A stretch of 63,845 nucleotides of DNA from Actinomycetota bacterium (GTDB taxonomy: Bacteria; Actinomycetota; Actinomycetes; Actinomycetales; Microbacteriaceae), in NCBI GenBank assembly GCA_039805505.1, contig JBDLUE010000001.1, positions 1 through 63,845 of the forward strand. Reading direction: 5' to 3'. A program made the translations under genes and the position numbers. The notes below the pieces were generated by a model, which saw only the letters and a list, made by a program, of their open reading frames with translations, was not told the origin of the DNA and did no database searches. The stretch's first letter is position 1. Each line of letters begins with the position of its first letter. Positions 7,637 through 18,389 of this stretch are shown here, in pieces.

Positions 7637-8898
7637 CCGACACGGAACTCGCAGAAGCCCAGCTAGAACTTCCGCTGCTAGCGGCTCCCCGTACAGAAGT
7701 GTTTCTAGTTGAAACGGCCGAAGAGCTGGAAGAGGCAGTTGAGACACTAGCGGCAGCCAAGGGCGCCTTTGCGGTAGACGCCGAGCGTGCTAGCGGATTC
7801 AAATATTCACAACGCGCCTACTTGATTCAGGTTTATCGTGCGGGTTCCCCTATCTACCTGATTGACCCTGCAGCGATCGCACCAACTACGGACCGTGCAC
7901 CGTTCGTTGCCTTGGCAGAAGTCATGAGCACTGCCCCCTGGATTCTCCACGCAGCTAGCCAGGACATACCTTGTCTACGTGAGCTTGGGCTTGAAGCGCC
8001 TGCCTTGTTTGACACAGAGTTGGGCTCTAGAATCGCTGGACTAGATCGAGTAGGGCTTGGCGCTGTCACCGAAGCGCTCTTGGGCGTGCGATTGGCAAAA
8101 GAGCATTCGGCGGTGGACTGGTCTACCCGCCCCCTCGCGAACGATTGGCTCAACTACGCGGCCTTGGACGTAGACGTACTATTCGATTTGTGGACTGCTG
8201 TCGAGGCAGTCCTAATTGAGCGCAAGAAGCTCTCCTGGGCGCAGCAAGAGTTCGCAGCGACGTTGGCCGCTCAGCCGAAGTCACCAAAGATTGACAAATG
8301 GCGCGGGATGACCGGACTTCACGAGGTAAAAGACGCTAAGAAGCTCGCAATCGCCCGAGAGCTCTGGACGGCACGTGAAGCTTTGGCGGTCAAGTTAGAC
8401 GTATCGCCCGGCCGCCTCATCCCAGACTCTTCAATTGTGAACGTGGTCAAGGAGACCCCCAAGTCAAAACCGCAACTTGCAGGCACCCGTTCATTCGTGG
8501 GCAGGGCAAGCCGAAGTTATCTTGACACCTGGTGGAAAGCGATCGAAGACGGGTCTAACAGTCGAGACTTGCCAGCATTGAAGGTTGTCGCTACGGGAAT
8601 TCCAAACCACAGAATCTGGCCGACCCGCTTTCCTGAGGCAGATAAGCGCCTCAAGATTATTCGCCCGATGATTGCCGAACTTGCAGAAGCCAACGGCTTG
8701 CCAGTGGAAAACGTTCTGACACCGGATTACCTGCGAACAATCTGCTTTGAACCGCCGGCTTATGACTTAGTTTCCGTCACACAAGCACTGCGAGCACTTG
8801 GTGCACGAGAATGGCAGGTTGAACTAACCGGTCAGTTGATTGTTGAAGGTTTGGTCGCTTCGCTAGAGCTTGAGGACGCATCGACAGATCGTGCGTGA
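7633..8898 (+). CDS. rnd: Ribonuclease D (DEDD exonuclease plus HRDC domain)
   Basis: AVDAERASGFKYSQRAYLIQ, ILHAASQD, LFDTELG, DWSTRPL and YAALDV. Start ATG 7633 overlaps the DUF3000 stop (ATGA). Confidence 0.9.
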   Translation: MTDTELAEAQLELPLLAAPRTEVFLVETAEELEEAVETLAAAKGAFAVDAERASGFKYSQRAYLIQVYRAGSPIYLIDPAAIAPTTDRAPFVALAEVMSTAPWILHAASQDIPCLRELGLEAPALFDTELGSRIAGLDRVGLGAVTEALLGVRLAKEHSAVDWSTRPLANDWLNYAALDVDVLFDLWTAVEAVLIERKKLSWAQQEFAATLAAQPKSPKIDKWRGMTGLHEVKDAKKLAIARELWTAREALAVKLDVSPGRLIPDSSIVNVVKETPKSKPQLAGTRSFVGRASRSYLDTWWKAIEDGSNSRDLPALKVVATGIPNHRIWPTRFPEADKRLKIIRPMIAELAEANGLPVENVLTPDYLRTICFEPPAYDLVSVTQALRALGAREWQVELTGQLIVEGLVASLELEDASTDRA

Positions 8899-10778
8899 GG
8901 AATTCTAGAACCCACCACCTGTGCGACGATGTCTCTAGCAATTGCCTGAGCTGTAAGACCGGCATCCTCGAGGATTTCGTTTCGAGTAGCGTGATCGATG
9001 AATTCATCTGGCAAGCCGATTTCGGTCAGAGCTGTGTCAACCTGCGCATCGCGAAGGTCCTGACGAACACGCGTACCAATGCCGCCCACCTTGATGCCAT
9101 CCTCGATAGTCACCACGAGGCGGTGTTCCGCAGACATGGTTACCACTGACTTTGGCACTGGAACGACCCAGCGAGGGTCGATAACCGTTGCCCCTATCCC
9201 CTGTGCTGCAAGCAAATCAGCAACCTGGAGGGCTGTGCTAGCCATCGCGCCAACCGACATGATGAGAACATCCATGGATGCTGATTGCTTAAGAATGTCC
9301 ACACCGTCTTCGGTGCGACTTATCGCGGGGATGACAGTTCCGGCGGTGCCTTTGCCAAAACGAATGACAGTTGGTCGATCCCGCACTTCGACGGCTTCAT
9401 TAAGTAGCTCTCGAAGAATGTCTGCATCACGCGGAGAACTCAACTTTATGCCAGGAACGATCTGAAGCATGGCCAGGTCCCACATTCCGTGGTGGCTAGG
9501 GCCGTCTGGGCCGGTAACACCGGCGCGGTCCAGCACGAACGTAACACCCGCGTCGTGCAACGCGACATCCATGAGAACCTGGTCGAATGCTCGATTCATA
9601 AAGGTTGCATAGACGGCTACAACGGGGTGCAGGCCTCCGAAAGCCATTCCGGCTGCCGAAGTAACCGCGTGCTGTTCGGCGATTCCTACGTCGAAAACTC
9701 GTGCGGGATACTTGGCAGCGAACTTGTGCAAACCGACAGGTATGAGCATCGCGCCGGTGATGCCAACGACTTCTGGTCGTCGGTCGGCAACCTTGACGAT
9801 TTCCTCGCTAAACACGCTGGTCCAAGATTGTCCAGAGCCAGATTCAAGTGACTTTCCGGTTTCCGGGTCGATCTGACCTACTGCGTGAAACTGGTCTTCT
9901 TCGTTTAGTGTTGCCGGGTCGTAACCCTTACCCTTTTGAGTAATCGCATGGACTATTACCGGGTAGGCGTATTTCTTCGCCTGAGCCAGTGCTTGTTCCA
10001 TCGCCTCAAGGTCATGACCATCGATTGGTCCAATGTACTTAATGTCAAGATTTGGGAAGAGGCCCTTTGGTGCGAACGAACCCAAGAGGCCCTTGCCAGC
10101 ACCCCGGGCGGCCGAGTAAACCAACCTTCCGACTAGACCAAATCTGAAGAAGAAGCTCTTGCTTGCACGATAGAGACGTCGGTAGACCTTCTCGGTTCGA
10201 ATGCCGTTGAGGTATCTAGCGAGACCACCAATGGTCGGAGCATAGGAGCGCCCATTGTCATTGACAACGATGACCAATTTGCGGTCGTTGTCGTCAGAGA
10301 TGTTGTTGAGGGCTTCCCAGGTCATTCCGCCGGTCAGGGAGCCGTCTCCAACAACCGCGACGACGTACCTGTCATCTTGGTTAGTGAGTTTGTAGGCCTT
10401 CGCGATTCCATCGGCCCAGGACAGCGATGAGCTTGCGTGTGAGCTCTCGACGATGTCGTGAACTGACTCACTTCGCTGCGGGTAACCCGCGAGTCCATCG
10501 CGCTGCCGCAAAGTTGAAAAGTCTTGGCGTCCTGTCAGGAGCTTGTGAACGTAGGACTGGTGCCCGGTGTCAAAGATGATTGAGTCTTTTGGCGATTCGA
10601 AAACGCGGTGTATCGCAACCGTGGTCTCGACTACGCCCAGGTTGGGTCCTAGGTGTCCGCCCGTTTTTGCAACCGACTCGACCAAAAAGGCGCGAATCTC
10701 GGTGCAAAGGGTGCGTAGCTGTTCATCTGTGAGCGCATCGAGATCGCGTGGACCGTTAATGCTTTCGAGAAGACTCAT
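8832..10778 (-). CDS. dxs: 1-deoxy-D-xylulose-5-phosphate synthase
   Basis: GGHLGPNLGVVE, FDTGHQSYVHK, ThDP motif GDGSLTGGM...NDN, DVGIAEQHA and DRAGVTGPDGPSHHG. Confidence 0.97.
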   Translation of the reverse strand: MSLLESINGPRDLDALTDEQLRTLCTEIRAFLVESVAKTGGHLGPNLGVVETTVAIHRVFESPKDSIIFDTGHQSYVHKLLTGRQDFSTLRQRDGLAGYPQRSESVHDIVESSHASSSLSWADGIAKAYKLTNQDDRYVVAVVGDGSLTGGMTWEALNNISDDNDRKLVIVVNDNGRSYAPTIGGLARYLNGIRTEKVYRRLYRASKSFFFRFGLVGRLVYSAARGAGKGLLGSFAPKGLFPNLDIKYIGPIDGHDLEAMEQALAQAKKYAYPVIVHAITQKGKGYDPATLNEEDQFHAVGQIDPETGKSLESGSGQSWTSVFSEEIVKVADRRPEVVGITGAMLIPVGLHKFAAKYPARVFDVGIAEQHAVTSAAGMAFGGLHPVVAVYATFMNRAFDQVLMDVALHDAGVTFVLDRAGVTGPDGPSHHGMWDLAMLQIVPGIKLSSPRDADILRELLNEAVEVRDRPTVIRFGKGTAGTVIPAISRTEDGVDILKQSASMDVLIMSVGAMASTALQVADLLAAQGIGATVIDPRWVVPVPKSVVTMSAEHRLVVTIEDGIKVGGIGTRVRQDLRDAQVDTALTEIGLPDEFIDHATRNEILEDAGLTAQAIARDIVAQVVGSRIPHARSVDASSSSSEATKPSTIN

Positions 10779-10815
10779 ACCCTTTGCAACCGAGATTCTT
10801 TAGCCAGTATTTCCC

Positions 10816-13494
10816 TTAGGAAACTAGGCTGCGCAATACATACTGGAGAATTCCGCCGTTACGGTAGTAGTCGGCCTCTCCAGGGGTGTCGATTCGGACT
10901 ACGGCATCAAACTCAACGACTGGCTTGCCAGCAGCAGAGTGCCCTGATGGAACCGCGGAGACTCGAACGGTCTTAGGGGTGACACCGTTGTTCAGCTCTT
11001 CAACGCCGGTGATGCTGAAGGTTTCGGTGCCGTCAAGGCCTAGAGATTCAGCATTCTGACCCGCAGGGAACTGCAACGGCAAGACGCCCATACCAATCAA
11101 GTTGCTTCGGTGGATGCGCTCAAAGCTCTCGGTGATAACCGCACGGACGCCAAGCAGGCTGGTGCCCTTTGCTGCCCAGTCACGAGAAGAACCCGAACCG
11201 TATTCCTTGCCGCCAAGAATTACCAGCGGAGTGCCTTCTGCCTGATAGTTGCTTGATGCGTCATAGATGAACGACTGTGGGCCGTCGGCCTTCGTGAAGT
11301 CACGGGTGTATCCGCCTTCGACGTCGTTTAGCAACTGGTTACGCAGGCGAATGTTCGCGAAAGTTCCGCGAATCATAACTTCGTGGTTGCCTCGGCGCGA
11401 ACCGTAGCTGTTGAAGTCAACGCGAGAGATTCCGTTTTCGGTTAGGTACTGACCAGCTGGCGAGTCAACCTTGATCGAGCCAGCTGGGCTGATGTGGTCG
11501 GTAGTGACAGAGTCGCCAAGTTTTGCAAGAACGCGTGCGCCCAGGATGTCCTTGACAGCGTCAGGAGTCATCTTCATACCGTCGAAGTAAGGTGGCTTTC
11601 GAACGTAGGTCGACTTTGGATCCCACTCGAAGACCGCGCCCTTAGGGGTAGGCAGTGACTTCCAACGGTCGTCACCATCGAAGACACCTGCGTACTGAGT
11701 CTTGAACATTTCAGAGTTGATTGACTCATCGATTGTCTTCTGCACCTCAGCGGCTGTTGGCCAGATGTCAGCTAGGTAGACGGCGTTGCCATCCTTGTCT
11801 TCTCCAAGAGAGTCGGTCTCAAAGTCGAAGTCCATGGTTCCAGCTAGTGCATAGGCAATAACTAGTGGAGGCGATGCGAGGTAGTTCATCTTCACATCTG
11901 GGCTGATGCGACCTTCGAAGTTGCGGTTTCCTGAAAGAACCGCGGTCACTGCAAGATCGTTGTGGTTGATTGCTTCTGAAATCTCGTCAGATAGCGGCCC
12001 TGAGTTACCGATGCAGGTAGCACAGCCATAGCCGACCAAGTTGAACCCAAGCGCGTCTAGATCCTTTGTAAGACCAGCCTTGTTGTAGTACTCGGTGACA
12101 ACCTTCGAGCCCGGTGCCAGTGAAGTCTTTACCCAAGGCTTCGCTTTGAGACCCTTGGCAACGGCATTGCGAGCAACGAGGCCAGCAGCCAACATCACGG
12201 ATGGGTTCGAGGTGTTGGTGCAGGAGGTGATTGAAGCGATAGCAACGTGGCCGTTGTTCATCGCGAAGTCCTGCCCCTTGACTGCGGTTGGCATAGACGC
12301 CTCTGCCGAGTAGCTAGGAAGAACCTTCTCAAAAGCTGCCTTAGCATCACTGAGAACGATGCGGTCCTGCGGGCGCTTAGGCCCAGCAATCGAAGGAACG
12401 ACGGTGCTGAGGTCAAGCTCTAGGTATTCGCTGAAGCGAGGCTCGATGCTTGGATCGTGCCAAAGTCCCTGCGCCTTGCTATAGGCCTCTACAAGATCGA
12501 TCTGCTCCTGAGGGCGACCGGTGATTCGCAAGTAGTCGAGAGTGACCTCGTCAATTGGGAACATTGCCGCGGTAGAGCCAAACTCCGGGCTCATGTTGCC
12601 GATGGTAGCTCGGTTTGCGAGTGGCACGGAACTCACGCCAGCTCCATAGAACTCGACGAACTTTCCGACGACACCGTGCTTACGAAGCATCTCGGTGATG
12701 GTGAGAACAACGTCAGTTGCGGTCACTCCGGTCGAAATTTGACCGGTCAGCTTGAAACCGACAACCTTCGGAATCAGCATTGAAACTGGCTGGCCAAGCA
12801 TTGCTGCCTCGGCTTCGATTCCGCCTACGCCCCATCCAAGAACACCGAGGCCGTTGACCATGGTGGTGTGAGAGTCGGTGCCGACGCAGCTATCCGGGTA
12901 AGCCTGAACTTCTCCGTTGACCTCTCGAGCCATGATGGTGCGTGCCAAGTACTCGATGTTTACCTGGTGGACGATACCGGTGCCAGGAGGAACAACCTTG
13001 AAGTCATCAAAGGCAGTCTGACCCCAGCGGAGGAACTGGTAACGCTCGCCATTGCGGTTGTACTCAAACTCAACGTTTCGTTCGAACGCGTCTGCACTTC
13101 CGGCTACGTCGATCTGAACCGAGTGGTCAATAACTAGCTCAGCCGGCGCAAGAGGATTAATGCGCTTAGGGTCTCCACCGAGTTCGGCTACGGCCTCACG
13201 CATAGTCGCAAGGTCTACGACACATGGAACACCAGTGAAGTCCTGCATGATCACGCGGGCCGGGGTGAACTGAATTTCTGTGTCTGGTTCAACCGAAGGG
13301 TCCCAGTTGACCAAGGCATTCACATGCTCGGCGGTGATGTTGGCACCATCTTCGGTGCGCAAGAGGTTTTCGAGAAGAATCTTCAAGCTGTATGGAAGCG
13401 TCTTTGCGTCCACGGAATCTAGCTTAAAGATTCGGTAAGTTTTTGAACCAACCACGAGCTGGTCAGAAGAACCGAAGCTGTTTACTTTGGACAT
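10816..13494 (-). CDS. acnA: Aconitate hydratase A
   Basis: QDFTGVP, VIDHSVQ, GTDSHT, Fe-S ligands SCTNTSNP and [21 protein letters not shown] and [12 protein letters not shown]. Confidence 0.97.
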   Translation of the reverse strand: MSKVNSFGSSDQLVVGSKTYRIFKLDSVDAKTLPYSLKILLENLLRTEDGANITAEHVNALVNWDPSVEPDTEIQFTPARVIMQDFTGVPCVVDLATMREAVAELGGDPKRINPLAPAELVIDHSVQIDVAGSADAFERNVEFEYNRNGERYQFLRWGQTAFDDFKVVPPGTGIVHQVNIEYLARTIMAREVNGEVQAYPDSCVGTDSHTTMVNGLGVLGWGVGGIEAEAAMLGQPVSMLIPKVVGFKLTGQISTGVTATDVVLTITEMLRKHGVVGKFVEFYGAGVSSVPLANRATIGNMSPEFGSTAAMFPIDEVTLDYLRITGRPQEQIDLVEAYSKAQGLWHDPSIEPRFSEYLELDLSTVVPSIAGPKRPQDRIVLSDAKAAFEKVLPSYSAEASMPTAVKGQDFAMNNGHVAIASITSCTNTSNPSVMLAAGLVARNAVAKGLKAKPWVKTSLAPGSKVVTEYYNKAGLTKDLDALGFNLVGYGCATCIGNSGPLSDEISEAINHNDLAVTAVLSGNRNFEGRISPDVKMNYLASPPLVIAYALAGTMDFDFETDSLGEDKDGNAVYLADIWPTAAEVQKTIDESINSEMFKTQYAGVFDGDDRWKSLPTPKGAVFEWDPKSTYVRKPPYFDGMKMTPDAVKDILGARVLAKLGDSVTTDHISPAGSIKVDSPAGQYLTENGISRVDFNSYGSRRGNHEVMIRGTFANIRLRNQLLNDVEGGYTRDFTKADGPQSFIYDASSNYQAEGTPLVILGGKEYGSGSSRDWAAKGTSLLGVRAVITESFERIHRSNLIGMGVLPLQFPAGQNAESLGLDGTETFSITGVEELNNGVTPKTVRVSAVPSGHSAAGKPVVEFDAVVRIDTPGEADYYRNGGILQYVLRSLVS

Positions 13495-13538
13495 GAAGCC
13501 ACTCCTTTGTTTACTGCATTACCGTACAAAAATAGCAC

Positions 13539-14213
13539 CTACTTAGTTGCTGAGATGCTGCTTCGCAACAACAACCAAGAAAGCCAAATGCAAAGTGCGT
13601 ATAACGGCACTCCCATCGCCACTCTTGCGATGCCTAAGGCCTCGATTTGATTGGCGAAGTAAAGGGGCAGTTGCACTGCCAAGCGTAGCGAGAAAAGAGC
13701 GACAAAGAGCGTCGTCGCTAGATCTGCGCGTCGGAGAAGTTTCTTATCTTTGCGCCACAACAGGGGCTCACTGCGGAATAGCCCGACCAGAAAACCGATG
13801 AGAGGCCACCTAACCAAAATCGAGATTGCCAAAGCCGCACCGTAGCCGGCGTTCGTGAAAAAACCTTGAATGAAGTAATCGGCTGGGTGCCCACCATCTC
13901 TGAGAGTCAGGTATGCCGAGAGTGCGATCCCGAGAGCTCCTGCGACGGCTTGTGTAACTGGCTTGCGGGTCGCTATCTGAAGCACCACAAAGGCGGTTGC
14001 AACACCCAGCGAGACGGCAGCTGCGGCAACGGTGTTTTTAGACAGCGCGTAGACCAAAACAAAGAGGGCCGCTGGGATAGAGCTCTGAATGATTCCTAGC
14101 CATCCGCCGATTGACGCCATCAAAGATTCGCGATCAAGGGTGGCAACGCCATCTTTCTCACGGATGCCAAGTTTGCGCATTGCGTTGTCTCGGCTGACGT
14201 CGCGCTCTGACAC
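13539..14213 (-). CDS. DUF3159 family membrane protein
   Basis: GGWLGIIQSSIP, RWPLIGFLVG, LRLAVQLPLY and MGVPLY; usual neighbour of DUF3710/dut. Confidence 0.82.
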   Translation of the reverse strand: MSERDVSRDNAMRKLGIREKDGVATLDRESLMASIGGWLGIIQSSIPAALFVLVYALSKNTVAAAAVSLGVATAFVVLQIATRKPVTQAVAGALGIALSAYLTLRDGGHPADYFIQGFFTNAGYGAALAISILVRWPLIGFLVGLFRSEPLLWRKDKKLLRRADLATTLFVALFSLRLAVQLPLYFANQIEALGIARVAMGVPLYALCIWLSWLLLRSSISATK

Positions 14214-14816
14214 TTAAATCGCCTTTGGTGGAGCGAAAGTGCCCCCAGGAAGGCTAAGCGGCATAAGGTCGCCTGGAGGCAACGGCGCAGAATCACGGTG
14301 GACTGTTACGCTCCTGAATATGTCGTCTACCTCTGCAGACGCTTTTGGGTCGGTGATTGCGGCCCCGGAGATGACTCCGCGCAAGAACCACTTCGGCCCA
14401 TCCACCCCGACAAAGCGCGAATACCGCGTTCCAACTTGGTCGCCGGCAGCGTTTAAGATGGGCAACTTGGCCAGCAGTTCCGGACCCAGAGATCCGACAC
14501 GATTTTCAGTGGTGCCACCTTGTGCGATCACCGATTCTTCGAGTTGCTGTCGAATCGAATGCCATAGTCCTTCGGACTTCGGTGCGGCGAATGCCTGCAG
14601 CTGTAAAGAGGAATCGTCGTATTCGAGAGTCACGGCCACGACGCGTTGGCTCTGCTCTTCTACTTCAAGCCTTAGTTGTAGGCCGTCTTTTGTCGGAACT
14701 TGGATAGAGCCCAAGTTTACGAACGGTCCTTTGAACTCAACCTCGGAAGAATCGAACGGCCCGGCCGACTCGCGGTCTAGAGGAGCGGATTTTTCATTCT
14801 GGTAGAGGTCTGACAT
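14214..14816 (-). CDS. DUF3710 family protein
   Basis: GPFD, VNLGSI, LQLQAFAAPKSEGLW and RFVGVDGPKWFLRGVI. Confidence 0.87.
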   Translation of the reverse strand: MSDLYQNEKSAPLDRESAGPFDSSEVEFKGPFVNLGSIQVPTKDGLQLRLEVEEQSQRVVAVTLEYDDSSLQLQAFAAPKSEGLWHSIRQQLEESVIAQGGTTENRVGSLGPELLAKLPILNAAGDQVGTRYSRFVGVDGPKWFLRGVISGAAITDPKASAEVDDIFRSVTVHRDSAPLPPGDLMPLSLPGGTFAPPKAI

Positions 14817-14819
14817 CGG

Positions 14820-15257
14820 TTACTTCGTGCCAGTCGAGCCGAAACCAGCGGTGCCTCTGTGTGAACCAGGAAGAGTCTCCACTGAAATGAAATCGGCGAT
14901 TTCTATAGCTTGGATAACCAGTTGCGCTATTCGATCGCCCATTGAGACCGTGAAGTCTTCGGGTGTGCTGTTGTAGAGAGTCACAGCGATCTCGCCACGG
15001 TAACCCGCGTCCACTGTGCCCGGGGCATTCAAAACGGTTATGCCGTGCTTCGCCGAAAGGCCGCTGCGCGGGTGAACTAGACCCACATAGCCGTCCGGAA
15101 GTGCAATAGAGACACCCGTTCGAACGGTGAATCGACCCATCGCAGGGATAACTGCATCTACAGCCGCACGCAGGTCTGCTCCGGCGTCGCCTGGCTGGGC
15201 GTAGGTAGGTTCGAGGCCTGGCTCGGCGACGAGTAAAACTGGAAGTTTTTTGGACAC
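14820..15257 (-). CDS. dut: dUTP diphosphatase
   Basis: dUTPase motifs AGADL, PRSGL, GTVDAGYRGEI, DRIAQL and RGTAGFGSTG. Start set at GTG 15257; the ORF-track start 15296 overlaps the divergent gene. Confidence 0.95.
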   Translation of the reverse strand: MSKKLPVLLVAEPGLEPTYAQPGDAGADLRAAVDAVIPAMGRFTVRTGVSIALPDGYVGLVHPRSGLSAKHGITVLNAPGTVDAGYRGEIAVTLYNSTPEDFTVSMGDRIAQLVIQAIEIADFISVETLPGSHRGTAGFGSTGTK

Positions 15258-15263
15258 AAATAG

Positions 15264-15273
15264 AGCGTAATCT
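15264..15273. promoter_or_regulatory. Overlapping divergent -10 hexamers (bidirectional leaderless promoter) for dut and DUF3093
   Basis: Plus strand TAATCT 15268-15273, then 6 nt, then ATG 15280. Minus strand TACGCT 15269-15264, then 6 nt, then GTG 15257. Neither gene has an SD. Confidence 0.6.
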
Positions 15274-15279
15274 AATGGA

Positions 15280-15729
15280 ATGAACGAACAGCGCATTGAA
15301 CCGCACTACCAAGAACGAGTGGTGCCAAAGTGGTCTAGTTTTTTGCCGGTGCTGGGAGTCTTTCCAGCACTTTGGTTGACTTTTTTACCGATTAATGAGC
15401 CTGCGGGCTTCTGGTCCGGTATCGCGGCAACTGTGTTGATCGTGCTCGCAATGTTCGGAAAATCGGCGCGAATAGTCGTTTCAGAGGATTTCTTGAGGGT
15501 GGCAAACGCCACGTTAGAGCGAAAGCATATTTCTCGAGTTGTTGTCGTGGGCAAAGACGAGGCTTTTGCAGCCCGAGGGCGAGAACTGGATCCGCGTGCC
15601 TGGATTCACTTCCAAGGTTCGGTTCCAACACTGCTTAGAGTCGAGCTCGTCGACCCGGCCGATCCGACACCATACTGGCTATTTTCGACCAGAAAACCGG
15701 AAGAAATCAAGCGAGTTTTGGGCTTTTAG
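15280..15729 (+). CDS. DUF3093 family membrane protein
   Basis: YQERVVP, two TM segments, RGRELDPRAW and DPADPTPYWLFSTRKPE. Confidence 0.87.
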   Translation: MNEQRIEPHYQERVVPKWSSFLPVLGVFPALWLTFLPINEPAGFWSGIAATVLIVLAMFGKSARIVVSEDFLRVANATLERKHISRVVVVGKDEAFAARGRELDPRAWIHFQGSVPTLLRVELVDPADPTPYWLFSTRKPEEIKRVLGF

Positions 15730-16016
15730 CCTTCACACTCGATACAAACCTTGCCGTACTTGCCCTTCTTAGCGGCAAGCAGCGAGTGGTGCTTTACGAT
15801 GAAGCATTCTGAGCATGTGAATTCGTCGTCTTGGGGCGGAAGAACCACAACATCAAGGTCCTCAGAAACCACATCCGGGATGGAAAATCCTTCGCCGTGC
15901 TCGGATTCGTCGCTGTCAACTAATCCCGAAAGCTTGTCAGGTGTGCGCTCTTTGATGGCCTCAATCGACTCGACATCGTCATCGTTCTTGCGAGGTGCAT
16001 CGTAATCGGTGGCCAT
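15726..16016 (-). CDS. DUF4193 family protein
   Basis: MATDYDAPRK ... VLPPQDDEFTCSECFIVKHHS...CIEC. Start ATG 16016 after SD AAAGGG. Confidence 0.88.
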   Translation of the reverse strand: MATDYDAPRKNDDDVESIEAIKERTPDKLSGLVDSDESEHGEGFSIPDVVSEDLDVVVLPPQDDEFTCSECFIVKHHSLLAAKKGKYGKVCIECEG

Positions 16017-16211
16017 GCGCCTACCCTTTCGGTTCAAAGTCTTCGAGCGTGCATAGTGTGCAATAAATATCGCGCAATAGCAAACGCGCAACGCCTTAAG
16101 AATCAAAATACTTCGTCAGCCGTCAAAAGCAAGCACGGCACGCCTAGGAATTGAAGCGCAATCCATACTCGCGGATGGCAAACTGAGAGCACGATCGTAA
16201 AGGAGTCCGCG

Positions 16212-17222
16212 ATGCAAGACATTAGATTTGTCGACAGCGACGGCGAATACCTAATTTTGGAAACTCAGGGCGGTGAGAAATTTCGAGTCATCCTCGATGA
16301 CACTCTGCGGTCAGCAATCAAGCGCGAGAACCATGTTCAGCTAGACACCGTGAGCATCTCGCCTCGAGAAATTCAAGACCTAGTGCGCTCTGGCCTTTCA
16401 GCATCCGATGTTGCAAACAGCCACTCGGTTCCTTTGGACTATGTAGAGAAGTTTGCTCTCACCGTGGTGGACGAAATCGGCCACATTATTGCCAGCGCAA
16501 AGACCGTACGAATTTCCGTTGAAGCAGATCGATACAGTGAAGCATCTCAGCTGGAGTTCGGCGAAATCCTCGAGGGGCGGCTGCGCAAGGCCGACGCGAC
16601 TAACGTCAATTGGGCGGCTACCAAACTTGAAGGTGAGCCGTGGATGGTTTCTGTGTCCTACGTCTCTGGTGAAGAGAATCGAAATGCTGTTTGGTCTTTC
16701 GACCAGCGAAAACTGGTACTCTCCCCCGAGAATGAGTCAGCAGTCAAACTCTCTGCTGGAGACTTCGCTGCAAGCCCTTCGACTCCCAAACTTAAGCGAG
16801 TCGAGGAGGTATCTGAAAGTACGCGAGTGATCGAGCTTCCGCGCATTGACATGGTGTCTGAGACAGAGTCGGCTGCCGAAGCATCGGCGCCCGCCACCGT
16901 CAGTTCGATTGAGGAGCTAACTCGAAGTAGCTTGAAGTCAGTTACTGATGAGCCGCAGGGCGAGAATGTCATCGCCGAACCTTTGAGCCCAACAGCTGAC
17001 CTACTTGAAGCTCTTCGAAAAAAACGTATTGCCGTCACAGAGGGTTCGACAGACGACCCGGCTCCAGTTGCAATAGAACCAGAGCAAAAGGAGTCCGAGC
17101 AGGCTTCTTCGCTGGAAGTTGAAGAGATTGAACCAGCACCCATGGCTCCAGCGGCAAAAAAAGGCCGCCCGAGTATGCCGAGCTGGGATGAAATCGTCTT
17201 TGGCACGAAAGCGGACGACTAA
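16212..17222 (+). CDS. sepH: Septation protein SepH (DUF3071)
   Basis: SPREIQDLVRSG HTH-like region, acidic disordered middle and C-terminal RPSMPSWDEIVFG; SD AAGGAG. Confidence 0.87.
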   Translation: MQDIRFVDSDGEYLILETQGGEKFRVILDDTLRSAIKRENHVQLDTVSISPREIQDLVRSGLSASDVANSHSVPLDYVEKFALTVVDEIGHIIASAKTVRISVEADRYSEASQLEFGEILEGRLRKADATNVNWAATKLEGEPWMVSVSYVSGEENRNAVWSFDQRKLVLSPENESAVKLSAGDFAASPSTPKLKRVEEVSESTRVIELPRIDMVSETESAAEASAPATVSSIEELTRSSLKSVTDEPQGENVIAEPLSPTADLLEALRKKRIAVTEGSTDDPAPVAIEPEQKESEQASSLEVEEIEPAPMAPAAKKGRPSMPSWDEIVFGTKADD

Positions 17223-18346
17223 ACCTGCAGGGATCCGAATCTGATTAGAGGCACCGACAGTTCCGTCTGGGAGATGGAACCGTGCTGACCAACCATCCTT
17301 AGACTCTGTGGTTTGCAGAAAGAACGGTGGTAGCAGGCGAAGTTACTCAGGGCGATTAGGTAAAGGTCGGGCAAAAACCGCGAGTTTTCGATTTCTGGCG
17401 ACAGCCAGCCTGCATCCTGAAGATCCTGGACTGTAGCCACTACGGCCTTGTTCTCAAGCTGCTCTTCCAACAAGGTCTTTGTCGCCTGTACATCTGTCTC
17501 ATGTTCGAAATAGAGAAATGTGTTTCTTGGATCTCCGGTAACTGCCAGGAGATTAGGAATTTCCATCTCATCCAGCAGAACCTGATTCTCTTTAGGCACA
17601 TCTACGATTCCGTGGTCGGCAGTTACCACTAAGCCGCAATCCTTTGGAAGACTGACGACCAAGGACTTTATCGCCGCGTCCAGGTCTTCGAGTTTGGTCA
17701 ACCATTCGGTTGAAGCCACCCCATACGAGTGGGCAATCGAGTCGAGTTCAGGAAAATACAAGTAGGTCAACGATGCGTGCTTAGACGCAAGTATCGTCTT
17801 GACAGCCTCAATCCGGTCCTCAAAGGATTTCGCAGGCACGTAGCTGGCAGCCGACATGTTTAGTTGTGTGAAACCCGAATCTGCATACTCGCCGGGGCCA
17901 ACGGTGAATGACTGAACGCCGCTCTGTATCGCCATGTCGCTCACCGTTTGAAGCTTTTGGAAAGTCGAGGCCTCGAAGCCCTCTCCCCAGCCGGTGAGTA
18001 GATTGCGAGTCAGACCTGATTCACGGTCATAGACCGAGTATCCGAGGATGCCGTGGCGAGACGGAGAAGCGCCAACCCCGAAGCTTGTAATTGCTGACGC
18101 GGTGGTGCTCGGAAAGACCGTGTTTATGCTCTTGGACGCCTTGAGTGCCGCGTTAAGAAACGGCGCATGTCCGCCGGCTGCTCGTAGGTTATCTGAACCG
18201 AGGCCGTCCACGAGAATAACGCAGACCTTGTTCGATTTAGCGAATCCAAGTCGATTCGCCTTGCCAGTGATCGAGCCAAGGGCGCTTATAAAAACATCGG
18301 AAAGCCTCCCAAGAGTTTTGGGGGCGGCAGGTAGCATCGTAGGCAT
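17219..18346 (-). CDS. Alkaline phosphatase superfamily protein (type I phosphodiesterase / nucleotide pyrophosphatase)
   Basis: VILVDGLG, TVFPSTT, YFPELDSIAH, TADHG and GQHGS metal-binding motifs. Start uncertain (18346-18352). Confidence 0.85.
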   Translation of the reverse strand: MPTMLPAAPKTLGRLSDVFISALGSITGKANRLGFAKSNKVCVILVDGLGSDNLRAAGGHAPFLNAALKASKSINTVFPSTTASAITSFGVGASPSRHGILGYSVYDRESGLTRNLLTGWGEGFEASTFQKLQTVSDMAIQSGVQSFTVGPGEYADSGFTQLNMSAASYVPAKSFEDRIEAVKTILASKHASLTYLYFPELDSIAHSYGVASTEWLTKLEDLDAAIKSLVVSLPKDCGLVVTADHGIVDVPKENQVLLDEMEIPNLLAVTGDPRNTFLYFEHETDVQATKTLLEEQLENKAVVATVQDLQDAGWLSPEIENSRFLPDLYLIALSNFACYHRSFCKPQSLRMVGQHGSISQTELSVPLIRFGSLQV

Positions 18347-18389
18347 CACCAATAGTCTGCCACAGCAGCAAACCTAGACCTGAGACCAG

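Noticed and set aside
14239-15312. Long alternative ORFs 14239..14805 (+) and 14794..15312 (-)
   Set aside because: Antisense or off-frame shadows of DUF3710 and dut, with no recognisable motifs or translation signals.
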